From NCBI GenBank assembly GCA_046329875.1, contig JAXLTT010000008.1, forward strand, positions 62,365-126,364: a DNA stretch of 64,000 bases, written 5' to 3'. The position numbers and the translations under genes are program-made. The DNA is from Bacteroidales bacterium (lineage in GTDB: Bacteria > Bacteroidota > Bacteroidia > Bacteroidales > VadinHA17). The notes beneath the pieces were generated by a model. It ran no database searches. It worked only from the letters and a program-made list of their open reading frames with translations, and was not told where the DNA came from. Numbering within the stretch: the first letter of the stretch is position 1; each line of letters begins with the position of its first letter. Below, one piece after another: positions 8,578 to 18,149 of this stretch.

Positions 8578-9834
8578 TTATTTGTTAAGCTCCCTCAGCG
8601 TATCATAGATTGCTGCGATATTGCCAACCGGAACATTGGCCTGTATATTGTGAACAGTATTGAATACAAATCCTCCGTCCTTTCCGAAAATTTCGCAGTT
8701 CCTCATTACCTGGTCGCGGACATCACCCGGGGTTCCGAAAGCCAGAACCTTTTGTGTGTCAACGCCTCCGCCCCAGAATACAATGTCATTCCCGTACTTC
8801 TGCTTAAGAACGACAGGGTCCATGCCGGTTGCGTTAATCTGGACCGGATTCAGGATATCAAAGCCACTTGTGATAAACCTGGATATAAATGTCTCCACTG
8901 CACCGCAGGAGTGCTTGAAGGTTTTCCAGTTTGTATTGCCATGGATCCAGTCATTTACTTTCCTGTAGTATGGGGCCCACAGATCCTCGAAAGTATCAGG
9001 GCTGCAGAAGGTTGAATTTTGTGTCCCGAAATCTGTTCCGCATGTAAATACCACGTCTATAACATCTCCGCCGGCCTCGAATATTCTTGAAAGGTTTAAT
9101 ATTGCGATATCTGTCTGTTTGTCGAAGATCTCCCTTACATAATCACTGCGCATAACTGTTGACATATACCATTCAGCTACATCGCGTATTCCTTTCGGAT
9201 GTTTAAGGTTCAGCCCGGGCACGAGTGCAATGTCACCAAGTGCCGTACCCCCAAGTGAAGCAATAACTGCCTTGTCAGTGCCACGCACTTTTGCGAATTG
9301 TTCCTTCCACCAGGCCAGGTCTTCATCTGATATCGGGCCAAACTCCTCCAGGTTGTCCGAAACCTTAAGTAGTGTATCATCAATGGGATCCTGTCTTCTC
9401 AGTGCGTCAAAGAAAAAGCCCTCGGCAGGCATCTTTGCACATGGTGGAACCGATGTGTCTCCTTCGGGATAGATAAGTAATCCTCCGTCCTCATCAACTG
9501 TTGTATTGAAATCAACTGGCAGCAGAACTGTTTGTCCCCACAGTGTTCGCGTTTCTTTCCATCCGCGGTCCTGTCTTATCCCAAACATGTTTCCCCTTGA
9601 GAATAGACCGGTTACCGTACAGCCCATAAGTTCTGCAAGATCGTCTTCCACCTCGCCAAGCATCTGGTATGGCTCAATCACCTTAACAGGTTTCTCTTCG
9701 AGTCCCCAGTGTTTCCTGAGGGCAGCAACAGCTTTTACATGAATACCGGTGACGCCTGTTGTTCCGCAGTCGACCGGAATTTTTCCCGGATTCTTATGAT
9801 TTAATGAAGCAAGTGTAATTTCTTTCGGAGTCAT
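8578..9834 (-). CDS. uroporphyrinogen decarboxylase (URO-D)/MtaA-like family protein
   Basis: 418 aa. The TIM-barrel-like pattern and the N-terminal IPVDCG..TG resemble the URO-D-like methyltransferase/decarboxylase family. Assigned from memory of the family, not verified. Confidence 0.5.
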   Translation of the reverse strand: MTPKEITLASLNHKNPGKIPVDCGTTGVTGIHVKAVAALRKHWGLEEKPVKVIEPYQMLGEVEDDLAELMGCTVTGLFSRGNMFGIRQDRGWKETRTLWGQTVLLPVDFNTTVDEDGGLLIYPEGDTSVPPCAKMPAEGFFFDALRRQDPIDDTLLKVSDNLEEFGPISDEDLAWWKEQFAKVRGTDKAVIASLGGTALGDIALVPGLNLKHPKGIRDVAEWYMSTVMRSDYVREIFDKQTDIAILNLSRIFEAGGDVIDVVFTCGTDFGTQNSTFCSPDTFEDLWAPYYRKVNDWIHGNTNWKTFKHSCGAVETFISRFITSGFDILNPVQINATGMDPVVLKQKYGNDIVFWGGGVDTQKVLAFGTPGDVRDQVMRNCEIFGKDGGFVFNTVHNIQANVPVGNIAAIYDTLRELNK

Positions 9835-9919
9835 GGAAGATCAGATTATGTTCAGTTTAAAGGTAATACTTTCTTTTATGAATTCTTTTTCTCAATTTTG
9901 CGCCACTTAAATTGTCAAT

Positions 9920-10579
9920 ATGAAATTATCACTGGGCAAAAAGGCGCTTTTTTTCATTATCCTGATTTTATTTCTTGATCAGCTTCTGAAGATCTGGATA
10001 AAAACCCATTACGTGATAGGACAGGAATTTCATTTTCTCGGAAAGTACGGGATGCTTCATTTCATTGAGAACAACGGCATGGCTTTCGGAATGGAAATGG
10101 GCGGTAAACCCGGGAAACTAATACTGAGCGTATTCAGGCTTATTGCGATCGGGGCAATCGGCTGGTACCTTAACGGGCTGATAAAGAAAAAGGCGAACAC
10201 GGGGCTTATACTTGCAACCAGTGCGATAATGGCAGGGGCAATCGGGAATATAATTGACAGTGCGTTCTATGGTATGATATTCAGCCACAGCACCTACGAC
10301 CATGTTGCAGTATTATTTCCAAATGGCGGTGGTTATGCACCCTTCCTTCATGGTAAGGTTGTGGATATGCTTTATTTCCCTGTAATAAACACAACCTGGC
10401 CCGACTGGTCTCCATTCAGGCCGGGAGAATCACTGGTTTTTTTCAGGCCGGTCTTCAATCTGTCTGACACAGCAATAACCTGCGGCGTTCTTTCGATTCT
10501 TATTTTCCAGAGAAGGATGTTCAGGGAGCTGCCTGCGGAAGAGACTTCTACGCCGAGCAACAACCCCTCACACAGTTAA
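9920..10579 (+). CDS. lspA: lipoprotein signal peptidase (signal peptidase II)
   Basis: 4 TM helices. Contains NNGMAFGM, GNIIDSAFYG, VVDMLYF, FNLSDTAI (the two catalytic Asp regions). Confidence 0.9.
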   Translation: MKLSLGKKALFFIILILFLDQLLKIWIKTHYVIGQEFHFLGKYGMLHFIENNGMAFGMEMGGKPGKLILSVFRLIAIGAIGWYLNGLIKKKANTGLILATSAIMAGAIGNIIDSAFYGMIFSHSTYDHVAVLFPNGGGYAPFLHGKVVDMLYFPVINTTWPDWSPFRPGESLVFFRPVFNLSDTAITCGVLSILIFQRRMFRELPAEETSTPSNNPSHS

Positions 10580-10850
10580 GCAGTACCTTAAGGGTATCGT
10601 GCTTCAGGAAATAATATATGTTTTTCCCTTCCCTCTTTGAGGTTAAAACACCTTTATCACGCAGGATTCCCAGGTGATGGGACGTAGTTGCCTGTTCAAG
10701 TCCCAGTTTTTTATGTATCTCCGAAACTGTCAGTCGCTGACCGTCTTCAAGGGCTCCTATAATTGAGATCCTTACCGGATGGGCTATTGCCTTAAGCATG
10801 CCCGCTGCTTTGTCAAGGTTCTCAGGAGTCAGTTCAATTGGTGTAACCAC
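10548..10850 (-). CDS. ArsR/SmtB family transcriptional regulator
   Basis: HPVRISIIGAL...LTVSEIHKKLGLEQATTSHHLGILRDKGV is an ArsR wHTH. The start is uncertain. The tracked ORF begins at a TTG at 10904, but a TATATTTG -7 box lies inside it, so I favour the in-frame GTG at 10850. Confidence 0.8.
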   Translation of the reverse strand: MVTPIELTPENLDKAAGMLKAIAHPVRISIIGALEDGQRLTVSEIHKKLGLEQATTSHHLGILRDKGVLTSKREGKNIYYFLKHDTLKVLLNCVRGCCSA

Positions 10851-10871
10851 GGCATTTTCATATATATGCGG

Positions 10872-10879
10872 CAAATATA
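10872..10879 (-). promoter_or_regulatory. candidate -7 box TATATTTG for the ArsR-family gene
   Basis: The reverse complement of CAAATATA at 10872-10879 is TATATTTG (TAnnTTTG). It sits about 20 nt upstream of the in-frame GTG at 10850. Confidence 0.3.
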
Positions 10880-10992
10880 TATAAATATGTTCATGTGTGA
10901 GCAATAATCAGAACATAATCCCCGGCGGCACATGACATATAAAATCGCGGCATAAGATTGATTTTACTATATTTGGTCAAAATAATTTATTA

Positions 10993-11967
10993 ATGTCAGG
11001 ACTCGCCAAGATCAGAAAACCGGTTGAAACGGAGATGGCTGAATTTGAAGCCTACTTCACCAGGACTTTAAAAAGCGAGGTTCCTCTCCTGAAGATAATA
11101 CTGAATTATATTTTTCGCCGTAAAGGCAAACAGATGAGGCCGTTGCTTGTGTTCCTTTCTGCAGCGCTCAACGGGAAGGTAAACGAAGCAACTTATGTTG
11201 CGGCCACAATGATAGAGCTTCTTCATACGGCTTCTCTCGTGCATGATGATGTTGTTGATGATGCAAGTGAAAGACGGGGTGCACTTTCAATAAACGCTCT
11301 CTGGAATTCTAAAATCGCCGTACTTGTCGGTGATTATATGCTTTCGCAGGGACTTCTTATAAGTGTTGAAAAGAACAGGTTCGACATGCTTGAGATAGTT
11401 TCCGAAGCAGTTAAATCGATGAGCCAGGGTGAACTTCTTCAGCTCCAGAAAGCAAGGAAACAAAACATACTCGAAGCAGATTATTTCAGGATCATAAGCT
11501 CCAAAACAGCCGCCCTGCTTGCTGCCTGCACTGCATGTGGTGCAGTCTCTGTCACCGGCGACCAGGAAGTGATCCAGACAATGAAAGATCTCGGGGAAAA
11601 TATCGGGATCGCTTTCCAGATCCGTGACGACCTTCTCGACTATGAGGGCAATGGCCTTACAGGAAAGGCTGCAGGCAACGACATAAAGGAAAGAAAGATC
11701 ACCCTGCCACTGATACACGCCCTTGAAAAAGCTCAATACACTGAAAGAAAAAGGGTTCTTCAGATTGTTAAAAGCAAGAAGAAATCAAAGGAAGAGATTC
11801 AGCAGGTTATAAAATTTGTAGCCGACCAGGGCGGAATGCAGTATGCTGAACTGAAAATGAACCAGTATCGCGATAAAGCGCTGGCTATCATTGATTCTTA
11901 TCCTGAATCGGAGGTGCGGGAGTCTTTGCGCGAGTTTATCAATTATACAACTTCCCGTAACAGCTGA
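10993..11967 (+). CDS. polyprenyl diphosphate synthase (trans-IPPS, IspB-like)
   Basis: Two Asp-rich motifs: LVHDDVVDD and FQIRDDLLD. Confidence 0.9.
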   Translation: MSGLAKIRKPVETEMAEFEAYFTRTLKSEVPLLKIILNYIFRRKGKQMRPLLVFLSAALNGKVNEATYVAATMIELLHTASLVHDDVVDDASERRGALSINALWNSKIAVLVGDYMLSQGLLISVEKNRFDMLEIVSEAVKSMSQGELLQLQKARKQNILEADYFRIISSKTAALLAACTACGAVSVTGDQEVIQTMKDLGENIGIAFQIRDDLLDYEGNGLTGKAAGNDIKERKITLPLIHALEKAQYTERKRVLQIVKSKKKSKEEIQQVIKFVADQGGMQYAELKMNQYRDKALAIIDSYPESEVRESLREFINYTTSRNS

Positions 11968-11970
11968 TCC

Positions 11971-13347
11971 CTAGCGCAGGAAAAGTTTCATAATCCTCTC
12001 CTTCCTGCCGTAAGGGGGATATTTAATCGGCACATCGATCCATGACGACGTATGCATAGATGCCTTGAGGTTTGAGAAAGCCCTGAAGCTTTCTTTCCCG
12101 TGGTAGCGCCCCAGCCCGCTTGATCCGACCCCGCCGAAGGGGAGGTGCTTATTTGCAATATGCATAACAACATCATTGACGAGACAGGCCCCCGAGGAGG
12201 TGAACCTCAGTACTTTTTTCTTAACAGTCCTGTCTGTTGTAAACACATAGAGGGCAAGGGGCTTTTCCCTTGAATTTATGAAACTTATTACTTTATCAAG
12301 ATCATCATACTCCATTACCGGCAAGACAGGCCCGAAGATCTCCTCCTGCATACATTTGTCGCTTTCGGTTGCCTCTATCACGGTTGGTCCTATAAGCAAC
12401 CTCGACAGGTCGTGCTGACCGCCTGCAATGATCCTGGCTCCCTCTGTATAGCTTAAAATTCTCCTGAATGCTTTCTCAGAAATTATCCTTCCAAACCAGT
12501 CGTTTGAGAGAGGATCGTCTCCATACATTGAATGAATTTCTTCTTTCAGAACAGATAGAAATTTTTCCTTTACCTCTTTATGTACAAACAGGTAATCGGG
12601 AGCAATACAGGTCTGACCCGCATTAATTGTTTTTCCCCATAAGATCCTTTTTGCAGCGACCCTGAGAGAGGCCGTCCTGTCGATTATCACAGGGCTTTTC
12701 CCTCCTAATTCAAGGATTACGGGCGTCAGGTTTTTTGCAGCTGCAGTGTATATCATTCTCCCAACATCGGTACTGCCTGTGAAGAAAATCAAATCCCATT
12801 TAAGGTTAACCATCTCATTTGCCACCTCTCTCGGGCAGTCAACAACAGCAACATGTTCATCACTGAAGCATTCACCGATAATCTTCCTGATAATTACATT
12901 AATTGCCGGGGAAGATGCCGACTGCCTTATTATTGCGACATTACCTGCAGCTATTGCTCCTGTAAGGGGGACAAGGGGAAGCTGGAACGGGTAGTTCCAT
13001 GGTGAAATTATTAGGACTCTTCCGAAAGGCTCAGGCACGACCCTGCTTATTGACGGAAAGGCAAAGAGCGGGGTTGTAACTATCTTTCCGGCGGCCCACC
13101 TCCGGAGGTTATGAATCATTGTGCTAAGCTCGTGGAGAACTATGCCTGTTTCGGTGCCGTAAGCTTCAAAGGAGGACTTGTTAAGGTCGCTTTTCAGTGC
13201 CAGGTAAATATCCTTTTCATGTTTTCGTACTGCGCTTCTCAGCCTTATAAGTGCATCCTTCCTGAATGAAAGGTCCCTTGTTTTTCCCGTATCGAAGAAA
13301 GCTGCCTGGCGTTTCCTGAGATCTTCAATACTATCAAGTGTAGTCAT
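11971..13347 (-). CDS. aldehyde dehydrogenase family protein (ALDH3-like)
   Basis: ELGGKSP, catalytic Cys in GQTCIAPDY, and EEIFGPVLP. Confidence 0.9.
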   Translation of the reverse strand: MTTLDSIEDLRKRQAAFFDTGKTRDLSFRKDALIRLRSAVRKHEKDIYLALKSDLNKSSFEAYGTETGIVLHELSTMIHNLRRWAAGKIVTTPLFAFPSISRVVPEPFGRVLIISPWNYPFQLPLVPLTGAIAAGNVAIIRQSASSPAINVIIRKIIGECFSDEHVAVVDCPREVANEMVNLKWDLIFFTGSTDVGRMIYTAAAKNLTPVILELGGKSPVIIDRTASLRVAAKRILWGKTINAGQTCIAPDYLFVHKEVKEKFLSVLKEEIHSMYGDDPLSNDWFGRIISEKAFRRILSYTEGARIIAGGQHDLSRLLIGPTVIEATESDKCMQEEIFGPVLPVMEYDDLDKVISFINSREKPLALYVFTTDRTVKKKVLRFTSSGACLVNDVVMHIANKHLPFGGVGSSGLGRYHGKESFRAFSNLKASMHTSSWIDVPIKYPPYGRKERIMKLFLR

Positions 13348-13375
13348 GATTAACTATATCTTTTTCAGGATTATA

Positions 13376-14659
13376 CTATGCTGCCTGTAATTCTACTTTC
13401 GTAGTACCCTCGAAGTCCCTGACATAAAATTTTGAACCCAGCCAGAACAGCAGTACGCCAATCAAAAGTATGAACGGAAGAATTGAGAGTGCTGTTTTTA
13501 TACCATAAAGATCAAAGAGTTTCCCTGTTACAAGCGGACCCATTGATGCGCCAAGCAGGTTCTGAATTACAACAGCAACCGAATACGAGATAGCCCTAAG
13601 GCCCGGGTGAACAACATCCTGGGTCACGGCAGCAGCGCCAGCAATAAACATCGTTATAAGTACACCAAAGACAAGTAGCATTATATACTGAATTGTCCCT
13701 TTCAGCAGGAATAGTGCAATGAAGAGGGCAATAGCCGCAGCAGATGTTGACAGCGCAGGGAAAAGCAGCCTTGCATTAGCCCTTTTCTTGCGCCAGAGAT
13801 CGGTGAGGTATCCACCCAGTGGCGCACCTACCAGCGCCAGGGCCATTACGGAACTGGCCATCCTGCCGGCATGCTCCTGGTCCATCCCCCTTGTTGATTC
13901 AAAGAAGGCGGGAAGTCCGAATATAATTGAGTTTGTCACAAAGACAACTGCTGTGATCCCGAAGAAGGAATAAAGAATAGATGGTTTTGAGCGGAACTCT
14001 TTAATAATATCTTTCCTTTCCATCTTAACCTTGTTGTTTGACTTGTCGACAAAGGAAAGATCAACAGTCTTATAGTCCTTTACAAAGAGGAACATAACTG
14101 CAATAATGAAACCAGGGAAGGCAACAAGCCCGAAAGCGTGTTTCCATCCCAGCCTTGTTGCTATCATTCCGCCAAGCAATACCCCGATCGCTGTTCCAAG
14201 GGGGATCGATGCATTCCATATGCCAATCATCCTCGATCTTTTCTCAATAGGATAAAGTCCGGAAATCATAGCCGTTCCACCGGGAGCATACCCTGCTTCA
14301 CCAACCCCGATGAGCAACCTGGCCATCAGCAGCTGGATGTAGTTTCCGGTTATTGCGCAAAGTGCTGTTGCAAGGCTCCATGTTATTGCCATTATCCCGA
14401 TTGTTTTGGACCTGCTCCAGCGGTCCACAAGAAGCGATGCGGGGAGTGTAAGTATCACAATGGCCCAGTAAACACCTGATAGCAGCAATGCGCTCTGGGT
14501 GTGGGTTATCCCGTATGCCGCTTCAATTGAAGATCTCATCGACGTCACAACCACCCTGTCGATATAATCGAACATGTAAAGGAGAAATAATAGGATAAAA
14601 ACAAAGTTTGAATAGCTCTTTGAAAAGAGATATCCCTTGTGGTCCCGTTCGTTTTTCAT
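13376..14659 (-). CDS. MFS transporter
   Basis: About 12 TM helices. MFS motif A-like LLVDRWSRSKTIG. Confidence 0.85.
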   Translation of the reverse strand: MKNERDHKGYLFSKSYSNFVFILLFLLYMFDYIDRVVVTSMRSSIEAAYGITHTQSALLLSGVYWAIVILTLPASLLVDRWSRSKTIGIMAITWSLATALCAITGNYIQLLMARLLIGVGEAGYAPGGTAMISGLYPIEKRSRMIGIWNASIPLGTAIGVLLGGMIATRLGWKHAFGLVAFPGFIIAVMFLFVKDYKTVDLSFVDKSNNKVKMERKDIIKEFRSKPSILYSFFGITAVVFVTNSIIFGLPAFFESTRGMDQEHAGRMASSVMALALVGAPLGGYLTDLWRKKRANARLLFPALSTSAAAIALFIALFLLKGTIQYIMLLVFGVLITMFIAGAAAVTQDVVHPGLRAISYSVAVVIQNLLGASMGPLVTGKLFDLYGIKTALSILPFILLIGVLLFWLGSKFYVRDFEGTTKVELQAA

Positions 14660-14765
14660 AAGCTGATTTTAAGGTGGTTTTGACTAAGTAACTAAAAAAA
14701 AACGTCCGTTCTTCAAAATGTCTTATTTTTATGTTTTTATACTTAACCCACTTAAATGAATTGTC

Positions 14766-15215
14766 ATGGCATCACTTAATCAGATTGAATCTTTCCTGGC
14801 ATCCGGACCCATAGCTGTCGCAGGGGTCTCGAGAAACAGCAAAAAATTTGGATATATGGCCTTCAAAGAGCTGAAGGATAAAGGACTGAATGTAATTCCT
14901 GTAAATCCCGCAGCTGACGAAATTCTTGGTGTTAAAGCATACCCTAACGTTCAGTCGCTGCCCGGAGATATTTCAGGACTTATAATAATAACACCGAAAA
15001 AACAGAGTGCCCAGGTTGCACGCGAAGCACGTGAAAAAGGCATTCATAATGTCTGGATACAACAGTCATCCGACACCCCCGAAGCAATAAAGGAACTCGA
15101 TGTTCCGGGCATGAACCTTATTACCGGACAGTGCATACTGATGCATTACAAACCAAATAGTTTTCATAAGTTCCACAGGGCAGTAAACAAGCTTTTCGGG
15201 GTATTTCCAAAATAA
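14766..15215 (+). CDS. CoA-binding domain protein (YccU/YneT-like)
   Basis: IAVAGVSRNSKKFGY...GLNVIPVNP is a CoA_binding_2-type Rossmann-like pattern. Confidence 0.75.
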   Translation: MASLNQIESFLASGPIAVAGVSRNSKKFGYMAFKELKDKGLNVIPVNPAADEILGVKAYPNVQSLPGDISGLIIITPKKQSAQVAREAREKGIHNVWIQQSSDTPEAIKELDVPGMNLITGQCILMHYKPNSFHKFHRAVNKLFGVFPK

Positions 15216-15231
15216 GAATACAAGTTCCCGG

Positions 15232-17652
15232 ATGAAGACAACGAATTTTGTGCTTATTATTGCCTTCGCGGCAATGCTGGCCGGTTGCCACAAGGAAAAC
15301 AGGAACAATCTCCAGATATGGTCAGACAAACCGGCGACAACTTTTGAAGAATCATTTCCCCTCGGAAATGGATTTTCAGGAATGATGATCAGGGGCGGGA
15401 CAGGTACGGAGGAAATCCTTCTCAATGAATCCACACTCTGGACCGGTAAACCAGTTGACCCTTATATGAACAGGGATGCCTGGAAAAATCTTGCAGGGGT
15501 AAGAAAAGCCCTTTTCAGTGAAAACTACAGGCTAGCCGACAAGCTTGTCAGGTCGATGCAGGGTAAGTTTTCTGAATCGTTCGCCCCACTCGGATTTTTA
15601 AGAATTGTTAGCAGTGATACCCAGAATATCTCAGGCTATAAGAGAAGTCTTGATATCAGCAGGGGCATTGCCAATGTTGATTATAAGTGCGGGAACACCA
15701 GTTATAAAAGAGAAATATTTATTTCAAACCCCGACAGGGTTGCCGTTATAAAACTAAGCTCCGGCAAAAAGGGGTCCCTGAATTTTGAACTCAATACTTC
15801 AAGTCTCCTCCGTTTTTCTGTTCATACATCAGACAGCTCCCTTTTGCTTGACGGCATTGCACCTGTACACGCAGCACCAAATTACCTTGGCGATATTCCG
15901 GATGCAGTAGTCTATGATTCATCCGGGGGAGGAATGAGATTCAGGATGAATGCAAAAATAGTTTCAACTGATGGAAAGCTTGTCAGAACTGACGATAAAC
16001 TTAAGGTTGAGGGCGGATCAGAAGCTGTCATTCTTGTTGCAATGGCTACAAGTTTTAACGGACCCGACAAGGATCCTGGCAAGGAGGGTATTGATGAGAA
16101 AGCACTGACTTCATCCTTTATTTCTGCTGCCACACGGTACTCATACGAAGATCTGAAAGAAAGACACATAAAGGATTTCAGCAACCTTTTCGACAAGGTG
16201 AAGTTCACGGTTAACAATGCCAAAGCACCTGATCTTCCAATCTACAGGCGGCTCATGAATTATACTGATTCAACTGATGATTTCGCTCTTGAGACCATGT
16301 ATTTCCAGTTCGGGAGATACCTGCTTATCAGTGCTTCAAGGCCTGGCGGAATACCAACAAACCTGCAGGGTATCTGGAACCCTCATCTCAGGCCGCCATG
16401 GAGCAGCAATTATACTGACAATATTAACACTGAAATGAACTACTGGCCTGCTGAGGTCACAAACCTTAGCGAGACCCATTTGCCGCTCCTCGACTTCATA
16501 GGAAAACTGCAGGCAACCGGCAGTATTACAGCGAAGACATTCTATAACTGCGGAGGCTGGTGCTGCAGTCACAATACAGACCTGTGGGGAATGACAAACC
16601 CTGTTGGCGACTTTGGAAACGGCGACCCTGTATGGGCTAACTGGTCAATGGCCGGGGCATGGCTCAGCCTGCATCTGTATGAGCATTTTGCATTCACCCG
16701 CGACACTTCATGGCTGAGAAATTATGCGTGGCCTGTAATGAAGGGTGCTGCAACTTTCTGCCTCGACTATTTAACTGAAAGTCCTGATAAATACCTGGTC
16801 ACGGCCCCTTCAACTTCACCGGAAAACAAGTATATACTTAGCGATGGATTCGTAGGAGCAACCATGTATGGCGGAACTTCGGACCTTGCATTAATAAGGG
16901 GGCTGTTTAACAAGATCATGCTGCTTAAGGATATTGCTGGTGATGATACTGTCTTCACAGGAAGGGTCAGTGCTGCCCTTTCAAGGCTGTATCCCTACCA
17001 GGTCGGCAAAAAGGGAAACCTCCAGGAATGGTACCACGACTGGGAAGATGTTGAGCCCAGGCACAGGCATATGTCGCACCTGATAGGCTTCCATCCTGAC
17101 AACCAGATTTCACCGCTTACCACCCCGGAGCTGGCAGCAGCTGTCAAAAGAACCCTTGAGCTCAGAAGCGACGAAGGGACAGGCTGGAGCAAGGCATGGA
17201 AGATAAACATGTGGGCAAGGCTGCTTGACGGGAATCACGCATATAAAATGCTCAGGTCCCATCTTAATTATGTAAATCCCGATCCGTCGATAAGGATCTC
17301 TGGAGGCGGAACCTATCCTAACCTTTTTGATGCCCATCCCCCATTCCAGATCGACGGTAATTTCGGCGGAACTGCCGGAATCGCCGAAATGCTGCTGCAG
17401 AGCCATATGGGAGAGATCCACCTTCTTCCCGCATTGCCCGACGCATGGAAAGACGGCGAAATGGATGGACTGAGGGCAAGGGGAGGTTTTACTGTTAACC
17501 AGTCATGGAAAAAAGGGAAACTGCTCCGTGCTGAAATAATTCCTGACTTTAACTGTGTTGTAAAAATCCGCTACGGGAACCTTACAAAAGAGATAAAATT
17601 TACTGCAGGAAAGAAAGTAATATTAACTCCTGAAATCTTTAAAGAATCATAA
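15232..17652 (+). CDS. glycoside hydrolase family 95 (alpha-L-fucosidase-like) lipoprotein
   Basis: Lipobox MLAG-C. Contains ESTLWTG, NLQGIWN, YTDNINTEMNYWPAE and the FQIDGNFGGTAGIAEML region, all typical of GH95. Confidence 0.85.
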   Translation: MKTTNFVLIIAFAAMLAGCHKENRNNLQIWSDKPATTFEESFPLGNGFSGMMIRGGTGTEEILLNESTLWTGKPVDPYMNRDAWKNLAGVRKALFSENYRLADKLVRSMQGKFSESFAPLGFLRIVSSDTQNISGYKRSLDISRGIANVDYKCGNTSYKREIFISNPDRVAVIKLSSGKKGSLNFELNTSSLLRFSVHTSDSSLLLDGIAPVHAAPNYLGDIPDAVVYDSSGGGMRFRMNAKIVSTDGKLVRTDDKLKVEGGSEAVILVAMATSFNGPDKDPGKEGIDEKALTSSFISAATRYSYEDLKERHIKDFSNLFDKVKFTVNNAKAPDLPIYRRLMNYTDSTDDFALETMYFQFGRYLLISASRPGGIPTNLQGIWNPHLRPPWSSNYTDNINTEMNYWPAEVTNLSETHLPLLDFIGKLQATGSITAKTFYNCGGWCCSHNTDLWGMTNPVGDFGNGDPVWANWSMAGAWLSLHLYEHFAFTRDTSWLRNYAWPVMKGAATFCLDYLTESPDKYLVTAPSTSPENKYILSDGFVGATMYGGTSDLALIRGLFNKIMLLKDIAGDDTVFTGRVSAALSRLYPYQVGKKGNLQEWYHDWEDVEPRHRHMSHLIGFHPDNQISPLTTPELAAAVKRTLELRSDEGTGWSKAWKINMWARLLDGNHAYKMLRSHLNYVNPDPSIRISGGGTYPNLFDAHPPFQIDGNFGGTAGIAEMLLQSHMGEIHLLPALPDAWKDGEMDGLRARGGFTVNQSWKKGKLLRAEIIPDFNCVVKIRYGNLTKEIKFTAGKKVILTPEIFKES

Positions 17653-18062
17653 TGAAGAAAGAATATCATTATACCCTGGAATTTCGTGTCAGGGACTATG
17701 AATGCGACCTCCAGGGTATCGTGAATAATGCTCACTACCAGCACTACCTTGAACATGCAAGGCATGAATTCCTTGTATCAAAGGGTATAAGCTTTGCTGA
17801 TTTACATAATGAAGGTACAGACCTTATCGTGACGCGTGTTGAGATTGATTATAAGTACCCTCTAAGGAGCAGGGATTCATTCATTGTCTCTGTTAATATC
17901 CGGAGAGAGGGAAATGTACGCCTTGTTTTCGAACAGGAAATCCTGAGGATTCCTGACGGGAAGCTTATTGTTAAAGCCGAGGTCACAGGGGTGGCAACAA
18001 AGAATGGCCGCCCGGTTTCTCCAGCTGAGGTTATAAATAAACTTGGAATATCAGTTGATTAA
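17652..18062 (+). CDS. acyl-CoA thioesterase (4HBT/YbgC hotdog fold)
   Basis: VRDYECDLQGIVNNAHY is the catalytic Asp region. The start overlaps the GH95 stop (TAATG). Confidence 0.8.
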   Translation: MKKEYHYTLEFRVRDYECDLQGIVNNAHYQHYLEHARHEFLVSKGISFADLHNEGTDLIVTRVEIDYKYPLRSRDSFIVSVNIRREGNVRLVFEQEILRIPDGKLIVKAEVTGVATKNGRPVSPAEVINKLGISVD

Positions 18063-18149
18063 AACAGTTTAACACTTTTACAGCCTGTCATTTAGCCGGG
18101 ATGTAACTTCTTTTGTCTTTTTGCGTCAAACAATCAAAAACTTTTGGTA

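Noticed and set aside
14694-14702. A9 homopolymer in the divergent MFS / CoA-binding-protein promoter region as a possible phase-variation tract
   Set aside because: The tract is short, lies in AT-rich intergenic DNA, and has no associated contingency-type gene. This is insufficient evidence.
17649-17654. TAATG stop/start overlap coupling a secreted GH95 lipoprotein to a cytoplasmic thioesterase, as a functional unit
   Set aside because: Overlapping stops and starts are frequent throughout this window (pfk/HAD, ybeY/HATPase, and others). This most likely reflects compact gene packing rather than shared function.
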